From the NCBI RefSeq assembly GCF_963676685.1, contig NC_092352.1, forward strand, positions 34,224,001-34,288,000: a stretch of DNA of 64,000 bases, written 5' to 3'. Positions within the stretch are counted from its first letter, which is position 1. Every line of letters begins with the position of its first letter. The stretch is from Mytilus edulis. Lineage: Eukaryota. Shown here piece after piece: positions 15,401 through 27,400 of the stretch. Position numbers and translations under genes: made by a program. The notes under the pieces were generated by a model. The model was given only the letters and a program-made list of their open reading frames with translations, was not told the DNA's origin and did not search any database.

Positions 15401-18400
15401 AGATTTACTATCTATTTTGTTGTAAGCCTTTCTGATCTTTGATACGGTCATTTGCAGTACAGTATGTGCATGTACCCCATACATTACTTTCTCTTCGTTG
15501 ATATATGGTCCTTGGAAGTCAACTTCATCTATGAAATATAAAATATGTGTTTTAAGGGTTTCCTTTCTAAAAGCAAATGAATGGTTGAAAGAATTTTTTA
15601 AATCACAATCTGGAAATAAGTGTTTTAGCTAGACCTGTTTCAAGTTTTAAACATATCTCCTCTAATACAGAACCCATCCAGTAGAAATAAGTGACAATGT
15701 TTTACATGTTTTTGATCAATTGGACGCATACTTTGATGAAAAAACTAATCAGTAACAACGTTTTTTTTGTTGAAAATATATTGTTTAGTAAGAGCATGTA
15801 CAGTGATATAGTGTCACAAAACTCAAAACATATTTAATTTGTAATCTAATAACTGCATATTACCCATATTTGGTGCTTGGAAACTGCCTATATAAATGGG
15901 TCCAAGGTTGTAGATATTTCTGATGACATTGAAGCTGACTATATCCTCCATAAGATGACATGGACCCTGTCTCCAAGTAAGTCTTGAGTTACGTCTGACC
16001 TGAGGAGGACTTCCAATGTAAGCAAAAACTGAGGTAAAGGCTGTGGGACTAGCTGTTCCTCCAACTCCAAGGTTAGGGGATACATAGTGTAGCTGAAAAT
16101 TACACAACAACCATACATAGATATAGGAAGATGTGGTATGAGTGCCAATGAGACAACTCTCCATCCAAATAACAATTTATAAAAGTAAACCATTATAGGT
16201 CAATGTACGGCCTTCAACACATATATTTGACAACAGTTTCCTCATCCCTCCCTACATATCCACACACAAAAAACAATGCAAAAGAAGGAGTTGGTTGTTT
16301 TCTTTAAATAAAAAAACATAAATCATATAAAAAGTCTATCCAAATTATTTTTTAAAATAATTCCTCTCAAGCCGGTGCTAGGGGCTGTCTTAAACTTGCA
16401 GTGAAGTAGGAGAATTTGTAGAACGCCTCATTGTGATTTTGAGATGAAGAACATCAAAAAAAGCACTGTTCCTTTGCTTTTTGTTAGTTTTTTTGTTGTT
16501 GTTGCTGTGCATGCATTGATTTTGTATCATGAATAGATACCCAATATCCTTTAAAAATCCTAATAATTTTTCAAAAGAAAGATGCATGTATGTTACTTAA
16601 ACAATATTAATTGAGATACCTTCTGAGTATTCACATGATCACCATCAACAAACAGACCAACACTACTATTCTTCATTATTCCTGCTCTGTGAAATATTAA
16701 CACCAGATGGTGCCACTGTCCTTCCTGTGTTAGTTCAGGATACCAGAATCTCACTCTATTGTCATTTAAAGATAATTCTTCATCTATTTCTGACCCTGTA
16801 ACTAACAAAGTAAAGGAGTTAATAATATAAAATCATAAAGTTTGCAACTTCAAAAGATGTTTTGTCCATTTAGAATTTGATGTTGATGTCATATTTTGCT
16901 ACTGCTGTCTTAGTAAAAGTAAGTTTTAACTCTAAGCCCAAGATAATCAACTGCAAAAGAAAGTTCATATATAGCTATTGGTGAATCTTACAGAATATTG
17001 AATCGATCAATGCACATTATATTTTTCAAATTACATGTTTTTCTTGCTGTCTCTTCAACATATTGATTTTTACACACACATTATTCTTTCTAATAGTATA
17101 CATGTTTAGCTACTATTAACAAGATATATTCCATAGATCTTACCTGTATTAGGTAACAAATGTTCCTCCGTTGACACTATCAATGCCCTTTCCCTAGATG
17201 TCAATATAACACTGAGACATATCAAATTTTCTTCTCTACCCTGTAAATTCCTGACTAGTGTAAGAAGTCTGACTGGATGTGGATCTGACCTACTACTGAA
17301 CTTATCTACACAAAACCATGTGGAAAATGTCATCCCTGCCTGGGGTGGAAATACTCTTTCTCCTACAAAACGAAAAACAAATTTCAAAAATAACATAACA
17401 AGAAAGACATTGTGTTTTCATTATATTCTGAGTAAATTACCATTTTAAGTTAGCTTATAATCTTTTGTAATTTCTAATCTAGTGTGTGCATGTGTTATTG
17501 CGATTTTTTAAGAAAGGACAATAATGCAGATTAATTATTGTAATTTTTGGAAAAGCTGAGTTCAGATGTATCTATTCGATATTAGAATGTGAGTTCTTAC
17601 TGTTGCAATACTCAATCAGTCACATTATTTCATTTAGAAAAACCTCACAACAATTTTAGAATTTACAATGTATGAACTTATAGGATTTATGTTTTGTAAT
17701 GTAAATATTTCAGCCAATAATATCAATGCAAATATAAGGTAAAAGTCGGAGTCAGCCTTTTCCCGCCATATTTTAAATCTCAATTATCTCGAAAAGGAAG
17801 TGACCTATCAATATTTTTAGCTTACTTTTATCCTTAATTGATGCTCTACCAGCTTATAGTATCAATTTTAACTTCTTAATTTATTAACTTTTACCTAACC
17901 TCACCTAAGTACATCCTTAACTACATGTGTTTCAAGCATAGGAAGGCAGGTTTTTAAAAAAAATCTGATTAAAGTAGGATGTTTGCCACTGATAGGTATT
18001 CTGCTCCTATTTTTGTTATTTTAGAGTGAAAGCAATACCTGTTCCAATTCCTCCTATAACTGCAGGATCATTACCTCCAACTACACCACTGACTACAGAT
18101 GGGGTTGGAGGTCCCTGGGGGGCTATACTGGGTAAATATAGACATCCAAATCCCTCAGCTGTCATATCAAACTCTACAAACGATGGTGTCACTGCTGATC
18201 CGTGCATTCTGGCATCTTTAGGTGTTGTCATTGAAACTAAACATTTGACTCTGGTCAATGGTACAGCTTCACCAGCAGTTTTCAGTTTTCTTTCTACCTC
18301 AACAGGTGTTTTTCTTTCCTCAACACTAGAGGCCCTACTGACTGGCCAGTTACAACTCCAATTGTTAGAACCTATATCATAGTCATTGTCCATAGGCCGA

Positions 18401-21400
18401 CAATTCAATGGAGATCCCAATCGTAAAAAATCTCTGAAAAAATTAAACATAAACACTAATGAGTCTGATGTTCTAATTTAACTGAATTCATTTTTTAAAC
18501 CACACTAAATTTTGTTTCACACCAGTTTGACTATATGAAACATCTATATCATGTAGAAATATCTCATCAGGGCAATAGATTTTCTTCATATGCAAATTTG
18601 AACAATTTATGCCTACACATACCAAAAACTGATCTCATTTAAAATTTAACAAATAAAAGAAAAAAAAATATTATGTTTATGTATTCTTAAATTCCCAATT
18701 TGTAGGTTTTGATACCAAGTTTTACATTTTACAATCTTAAAACCTTATTCTATAAACTATTGATCTCTTCATTGATGTCTACAATACCTCAAGTCTCTAG
18801 GTGTTAGAGATTGTGATGCCAGCCTTTCAAACATAGATCTGAGTGAAGGATGGAGTGGGTGTGTCTCATCAGCTAGTGCTATATATCCATGACTCAAAAG
18901 TTCATGAGGATATCCATATTCACACATTATCTGTTGGTTCCTCTCTGTGTGTAACAGACTTTTCAATAGTTCTGCTGTATTGATTTGGAGGGCTAGGGCA
19001 GGCTATAATGGAAATAATAATTTGTGAGTAAGGTTTTGACTCATATTTATGTCAACTGGGATATAAAAGATAATAAAGTAGATGAAATTTTATGTAACAC
19101 AAGTTTGAGGCTACATAGACATTATAAAATTGAAACAAAAATGCTATATTATACTACATGATTAACCAGGTGCTCCGCAGGGCGCAGCTTTATACGACCG
19201 CAGAGGTCGAACCCTGAACAGTTGGGGAAAGTATGGACAAAACATTCAAGCGTGATACAGCTCTGAATTTGGATTGTGATCAAATTTTTGCCATTACATG
19301 GGTTTTTTTTACACAAAACAAATGTCAAGATTTTACAAATCAATTAAAGATTTCTTCTTCAAACTTTTTAAATCTAAAATTAAATAGTTGACACAGCATA
19401 GGTTTCTGACACAGAATGAATGTGGTCTAATGAACTTTTTTTTTTTTGCCTTTGAGCAATTCACTATGCTGTTGAATATTAATCACCTCAAAAAAATGTT
19501 TGAAGAAATTTTGTTTTTATTTATGAAATCTGAAATGAGAAAAATTTAAACCCCCCCCTTTTTTTTTACATCCCCGTTTCCCTTTTTCCAAAACTGATAT
19601 CAATTCAAATTTCTAATGGAGTTTGCAACAATAACTACTCTTTTAAATACATCATAAAATATTAAAATGTAAAATAAAGTGCTTGTTATCACTGAATGGT
19701 AAAGATTGGTTGGTAGTAAAAGTGAATATACATTGTTTATTGTATAAAACAATAAAAAAAACTTCATCAGCAACATTTTATATTGGCAAATTTCCAATGA
19801 AGTTATTTACATAAAGTTATTGGCAAATAAAAATAGAAAATGACATCATAGTCATGTCTGGCAAATGTCCAACATACATTATCTAAAAACATTTTAGATA
19901 AGATAAGGAAAAAAAGCTTCATCAGCAACATTTAATATTGGCAAATTTCCAATGTAGTTATTTACATAAAGTTATTGGCAAATAAAAATAGAAAATGACA
20001 TCATAGTCATGTCTGGCAAATTTCCAACATATATTATCAACTACTATTCTATACAAAGAAAGATAACTCCAATTGAAAATTAATTGTTATTGCACAATAT
20101 TGTGCAATTAGATATTTCTTGCTATTGTGCAAAACTGTGCAATTGAAAATTTCTTGCTATTGCACAATACTTGATATGGAATCCTGATTTGGACCAATTT
20201 GAAAACTGGGCCCATAATCAAAAATCAAAGTACATATTTAGATAAAGCATATCAAATAAGCCCAAGAATTTAATTTTTGTTAAAATCAAACTTAGTTTAA
20301 TTTTGGACCCTTTGGACCTTATAATGTAGACCAATTTGAAAACTGGACCAAAAATTAAGAATCTACATACACAGTTAGATTTGGCATATCAAAGAACCCA
20401 TTTATTCAATTTTTGATGAAATCAAACAAAGTTTAATTTTGGACCCCCATTTGGACCAACTTGAAAACTAGGCCAATAATTAAAAATCTAAGTACATTTT
20501 TAAATTCAGCATATCAAAGAACCCCAAGGATTCAATTTTTGTTAAAATCAAACTAAGTTTAATTTTGGACCCTGTGGACCTTAATGTAGACCAATTTGAA
20601 AACTGGACCAAAAATTAAGAATCTACATACATAGTTAGATTCGGCATATCAATGAACCCCAATTATTCAATTTTGATGAAATCAAACAAAGTTTAATTTT
20701 GGACCCTTTGGGCCCCTTATTCTGTTGGGACCAAAACTCCCAAAATCAATACCAACCTTCCTTTTATGGTAATAAACCTTGTGTTTAAATTTCATAGATT
20801 TCTATTTACTTATACTAACGTTATGGTGCGAAAACCAAGAAAAATGCTTATTTGGGTCCCTTTTTGGCCCCTAATTCCTAAACTGTTGGGACCTAAACTC
20901 CCAAAATCAATACCAACCTTCCTTTTGTAGTCATTAACATTGTGTTTAAATTTCATTGATTTCTATTCACTTAAACTAAAGTTATTGTGCGAAAACCAAA
21001 AATAATGCTTATTTGGGCCCTTTTTTGGCCCCTAATTCCTAAACTGTTGAAACCAAAACTCCCAAAATCAATCCCAACCGTTCTTTTGTGGTCATAAACC
21101 TTGTGTCAAAATTTCATAGATTTCTATTAACTTAAACTAAAGTTATAGTGCGAAAACCAAGAAAATGCTTATTTGGGCCCTTTTTGGCCCCTAATTCCTA
21201 AACTGTTGGGACCAAAACTCCCAAAATCAATACCAACCTTCCTTTTGTAGTCATAAACCTTGTGTTAAAATTTCATAGATTTCCATTCACTTTTATTAAA
21301 GTTAGAGTGCGAAAACTAAAAGTATTCGGACGACGACGACGACGACGCCAACGTGATAGCAATATACGAAGAAAAATTTTTCAAATTTTGCGGTCGTATA

Positions 21401-24400
21401 AAAAGTTTAAGAACCAAGTCTCTGGTTTGACTCAGCTGAGGATTAAACCCCTGACTTCCATGGCTACTCTTAATGAGCTATCTTAAGATCACAGAATTAG
21501 TTTCAATACATGAAAACCAATTTAAATGGAAGTGTGTGGATACATGTACTAACATACAATATGGACATGATGGAAAAGACATGTTGCATTTTTATGTACC
21601 TGTCCTACATCAGGAGCCTGTTGTTCAGTGATTGTTATTTATTGGTATGGTTCATAAGAGTTTTGTGGTTGTTTTTTTTTTTATAGATTTGACCATTGGT
21701 TTTCCTGTTTGAATTCTTCTACACCAGTCATTTTAGGGCCCTTTATAGCTTGCTGTTTGGGGTGAGCCAAGTCTCTGTGTTGAAGGCCGTACTTTGACCT
21801 ATAATTGAAAACTTTTAATACATTGTCACTTGGATAGAGAGTTGTCTCATTGGCACTCATACCACATTTTATTCTTATGTTAAACTAACATTTATCAAGG
21901 TTTTAATCAAGTACTGACCTTTTTGTCATCATCATGTTCTATGGCAGGTAGTAGGTGGAACAAAGACAAGACAGCACCAGGATGTACAATAATTTGATCT
22001 GCACTGACATGTGATGCCTCTGGTATACTTCCTGTACTGGCCCGCTTCTGTTTGGGTGAGGACTGGGGAGAACCACTACTATCTCTATTATAAATCATTG
22101 TAAACCTCTTTAATGATGGGGAATCTGTCTTAGCTTGGCTAGATGTTGGTCTAAAATGTAGATAAAATTGAGAATGGAAATGGTGAATGTGTCAAAGAGA
22201 CAACAACTTGTTATCTATGATCTCAAACAAAGATATTTTAACTTTTGAAAGATATAATGAAATTATTTTTCTGATATTCCTATACACTTTTAAATCAGAC
22301 TGTTTAACCAATAATTATGAATTTTCAAGGTTAAACACTGCTCTTCTATTTTGGCATATTTAGCTGCAGTTTAAGGTATCAAGTCACACAGACTATCTAT
22401 AATTATTAGCAAACTAAAAACACTTACTTATCAAAGATATCCTGAGCCATGTTGTACAAGTACTTTAACATTACACAAGCAGATAACAGTGTCATGGGAA
22501 TGCCATTGTAATCCCTGTAAAAGAAAAGATTTCAGATAGGCAGAGCCTTAATTTAATTTCAAATTTCATTGTTTTTTATTTGAGCTGTGAAAATGCACTG
22601 AGCCATTGAGTGTATAAATTATTCAAATTTTAAAGTAAATTTGGATTTTATTAGATAAATACTTACCATCATAAATTCTGAGTGTAACCCCAATTGCGTC
22701 ATAGGTCAGATGGAAAATCCCAACTAAAAATAAACGTACTCTCACTGGTCCGGACATATACCCCTGTTTGCCCATATTCTTCCATTCAATTTCCTCAAGA
22801 CAGAAACATAAGGAAAGGGGATGAAGGGGAGGTGGGTGGGACCTATAATTTATGATGGTAAGTATTTATCTAATAAAATCCAAATTTACTTTAAAATTTG
22901 AATATTTTATAGCTATAAATACGTTACCATCATAAATTCTGAGTAACAGAATCTAACGTAAAGCTGAATCCCCTGTAACAGAAGAAACAGGAGGAAAGTT
23001 CAATCTTTGTGCTGAAACTATAGGTCCAAGAGAGTATAAACTTTCGGCAAAAGTAGCCATAGATTGGAGGTAGTGAGATAAAAAAGAGTTCTCATTTCTC
23101 CAGAAACCTGCAGACAGTACCTCTTCTAGAGATGCACTGTTAAACAGAGCCCAGGATGTAGAGATACCCCTAACATCATGAGCTTTAACATTAAAACTAT
23201 TTAAAAGTTCTGCCTTAGAAGAACCATAAGCTAAAGATATGCATTTGCATATCCAAGTAGAAATAGTTTTAACAGAAAGATCTGAGATTCCTTTTTTAAT
23301 AGGAATAAAGAGTCTTGAGTTAGAAACAGAACGTAAACTACACGTTCTTTCCAGATAAATAGATAGGATTCTTACTGGACATAAAAGTACAGAAATAGAA
23401 TCGCTAGGGAGTGCAGGAATCACAACTGGTTCTGCACCCTTATCTGGAATCTGATTCTTTGCCAAAAAAGCAGGATCCGTTAAAAGAGTAACAGAAGATT
23501 TATCCCTGTTAAATCGAAGGCAAGCATCAGAAATAGAGAAGGCATGGATTTCACTCCTTCTCCGTCCAGAAGCCAAAGCTAAAAGAAAACAGCATTTATA
23601 GGAAAGAAACCTTAAATCTATTGTTTCTGCTGGTTCAAAAGGAGGAAGTTTTAAAAAGGATAAAACTAGTCCAAGGTCCCACTTAGGAACTAAAGTTTTT
23701 TGTCTTGGTCTTTCAAGACTAAAACTACGAACCAAAAGAGAAATATGCTCATTGATTCCAAAATCTGGGCCACCAGAAATATGAATAGTTCTTGAGATAG
23801 CTGATCTATATCCCTTAATAGTAGAGGGACATAATCCTTTGGATTCAAAAAGAAAAACTAGAAAGTCTGCTAATTGTTGTACAGTGACTTGGAAAGGATC
23901 AATTTCCCGCTCACTACACCAATCTGAGAAGATTGACCATTTTGCATCATAGACAATGCTAGTGGAGTCTCTGACAGACTTTGTGAGATGCTTGGTTGCT
24001 CCTTCAGAAAAACCTCTCTTTCTGAGGCTAACCCTGAGAGAAGCCAGGCGTGTAGTTGAAGTTTTTCTGGATTTTGATAAAGAACCTTGCCCTTGATTTG
24101 AGACAGAAGGTCTGGTCTCAGAGGTAGAACCAGAGGACAAGCACATGATAGGCGCAGAAGGTCTGGAAACCAAGACTGTTTTGGCCATGCTGGAGCAATA
24201 ACTATGATCTTGCAATTTTCCCCTGCTATTTTCTGAAGTACTGGGGAGAGAAACCTGAAAGGAGGGAAGGCGTACCCGAACATTCCTTTCCAAGATAGGC
24301 TCATTGCGTCTACCGCAAAAGATTTTGGATCTGGAACCGGAGACACAAATGTTAGAAGTTTGTGATTGAGACTGGTCGCAAACAGATCTATCTGAGGTGA

Positions 24401-27400
24401 CCCCCAATGAAGAGTCACAGCTTTGAAAACTACTTGAAGTAGTTCCCACTCCGTGTTTACTGGAGCAAGGGATCTGGATAGAGTGTCGGCTAGAATATTG
24501 AGGTGCCCCGCAATATGTCTCACCACTAGATGAACCTGGAGTTGAAAACACAGAAGGAGAATGTCTCTGGCTATCTGATAAAGAGAAGGTGAATGAGTTC
24601 CTCCCTGATTCTTGAGATAAGCTACAACTGTTGTGTTGTCCGTGGCCAGAATGACAGACTGATTCTTTAGAGACATTTGGAAATGATTCAGTGCAAACAG
24701 AACTGCTTTCATTTCCAATACATTGATATGCTCTTCCAAAAGATCTGGACTCCAGACTCCCGAGATTGTAAGCCCCTCCAGATATGCTCCCCAACCGAGG
24801 GTGGAGGCATCTGTGAATAATGTTAGACTGGGAACTTGAGGGGACAGACATAGGCCCCTCATTACATTTTCCCGTACTAACCACCATTGAAGGTGTGGAA
24901 ATAAAGGCTGAGTGATTGGAATCAATGCTTCCCATTCTTGTGAAGCTGCAATCCATAACTTGTGCAGATAAAACTGAAGCGGACGAATGTGAAGTCGTCC
25001 CAATGGAATTACATCTGCCAGAGAGTTCAATAGACCCAGAAGTTGCAAGAATTGACGTGCTGTGACTGATTGAACCGTCAGGAATAAAAGTATTTTCTGA
25101 CATAGTTTTGTAAATTTCTCCTCTGGTGGGAGGACTAGGCCTACACTGGTTAGGAAATGTTCTCCCAGGAAAACAAAGTCTTGAGACGGAATTATCTCTG
25201 ACTTTTTCCAAGAGATAAGGAAGCCTAGGGACAGAAAACAATTGATGACCAAGTCTGTCTGAACCCTCAATTTGATTGGGCAAAATTCCTTGAGAAGGGA
25301 ATCGTCCAGATAGGAATGAATCTGAATAGACAGGGAATGTAGGTGAGCTATAGCTGCCTGCATGATTTTGGTAAAAGCCAAAGGGGCTGTAGACAGGCCA
25401 AAAGGGAGAGCCTTGAACTGGAAAACTTTGTTGTTCCAAACGAAGCGAAGGTATTTCCTGTAAGTTTTGGAAATGGGAATGTGGAAATACGCGTCTGAAA
25501 GATCCAGAGAAGTAGTCCACATTCCTGGAAGGATTGAAGCCCTGATGGATCTGTTTGTTTCCATTTTGAAGTGGGGAACAATAAGAAATTTGTTCAGAAT
25601 AGATAGGTCTATGACTGGCCTCATTCCTCCAGTCTTCTTTGGAACCAGAAAAAGACGGGAATAAAATCCCGGAGACAGAGTTAAGATCGACACCTCCTCT
25701 ATTGCAGCTTTTTGTAACATAGTGTCCACTTCTACTGATAGAAGTTGACACTTGACTGGGTCTTGTGTATGAGACAAACTTATTGGAACTGCAGATAGAG
25801 GAGGTGGGTTCTTGAACTGAAGTGTTAATCCCCCTCGAATTATTGACAGCACATAACAGTCTGAGGTAATTTTCTTCCACTGATTTAGGAAAAAACTTAA
25901 CCTCCCCCCTACTGGTATTGATTTTTGAGGAACTTGTTGTAAATTTTCCCCTGGGGAAGCTGTCAATAACGTACGAGGGGGCAAGAACCTAGGTACTAGA
26001 CCCAGGTTTCTTGGAACCCTTAAAACCACCAGAAGGCTTACCTGAGCTTTTTCCTGAGTTATTGGGTTTGTTCTGCGGTTTGCCGTAGTTATTCTTCCTT
26101 TTCTTAGCAGAAGAAGGGGGACCACCTGAAGCAGAAGTACTATTAGAACTAGATGTAGCATTAACCGACCTCTTGCCATTAGTAACTTGTACACTAACTT
26201 TGACTGGAGGAGGGTTTTTGCTGAGTTCCTCTTGAACCCGCTGTAAGGGTAAACCAAACATCTTGTCAGAGAGTGGAGATTTCAGTAAAGAATCTTTCAA
26301 AGGCTCAGCGATAGAAATGTTTTCAAGAAACTCTGCTCTTTTAGATAGGGTGCAATTAGCAATAGAACCCATTAAAAGCAACTGAGATGAACCTAAAGCT
26401 TTATCCAGTTGAAGTAAGAAGGATCGTACTTCTGCTGGAACAACCGAATCTTCGCTGTTAAGCAAATGTCCGGTTGCAGCTAGAAAATGTTCGGCTGTGC
26501 CAAGAACTTGAGAAGCACTACGAAGGAGATTCTCAGTCTTTGACCAAACAGGTTGAGTGAGACGAAGACCATCTACTGGCTTTTTTCCCAATAAAGATGA
26601 CATAGATTTGTCACAAGTGGGAACAAGTCTACCCAGTGAAGAATCAAAGATATCAAAATCCTTGTACTTAACCTGATCAGAAAAGGATGACATTCCAAAT
26701 CCTGAGATATTGTTATTAGCAACCTTTTCACTAGCAGAATTAGCGATACCTTCATTAATAAATTGTAAAGCAAAAGTCATATGGCCAGATTCAGGAAAAG
26801 AATTGTGAGAAGTAACAGTATCCTGAGAAATACCACAGGAAGCTTCAAAAGTTGAAGAAGGTTTCTTCGGCTTGGAAGGAGAGAGAAAAGGGATATGTGC
26901 TTCATCCCTCATCAAGGTATACACCTTATCCCTAAGATCCTTCAAGGAAGGAGGATCCTCAGTCTCCTTGGTGGGAGGTTGTTGAGCTGACTTAGAAGAA
27001 GGCTCAGGGGCCGTCTTCGATACCTTGGGAGAAGAAGAACTTTCAACATCCTCATCAGTGAGGAAAGCCCTTTCATGACTCCCAGGGGAAACAGAAAGCT
27101 CGTCATCCTCCCTCTCATCACATTCTACAGACTTAGCTGGAGAAGGTTGATGAGAAGAAACTCTATTTTCCAGTAGAGTCATACGACTGGATAGAGTACT
27201 AAATTCAGCCTTGAAAGACTCACCAAAGTCTAAAAGTAACTTCTGTAAACCATCCAAAGGTGATGCATGATCAGAAACCCGAGTACCATGAGAAGAACTA
27301 GAAGCTTGAGAGTCAGGTACGGTGGTAGAAGGAGCTACTGCAGAAGTCAAAGATACTGCTACGGGTAGAGCAGGAGCTAAAGGTGGTGCAGTAGCTACCC

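Noticed and set aside
18026-18382. + strand ORFs opposite WDFY3 exons (also 5220, 7080, 14544, 41587, 44052)
   Set aside because: Antisense shadows of real coding exons
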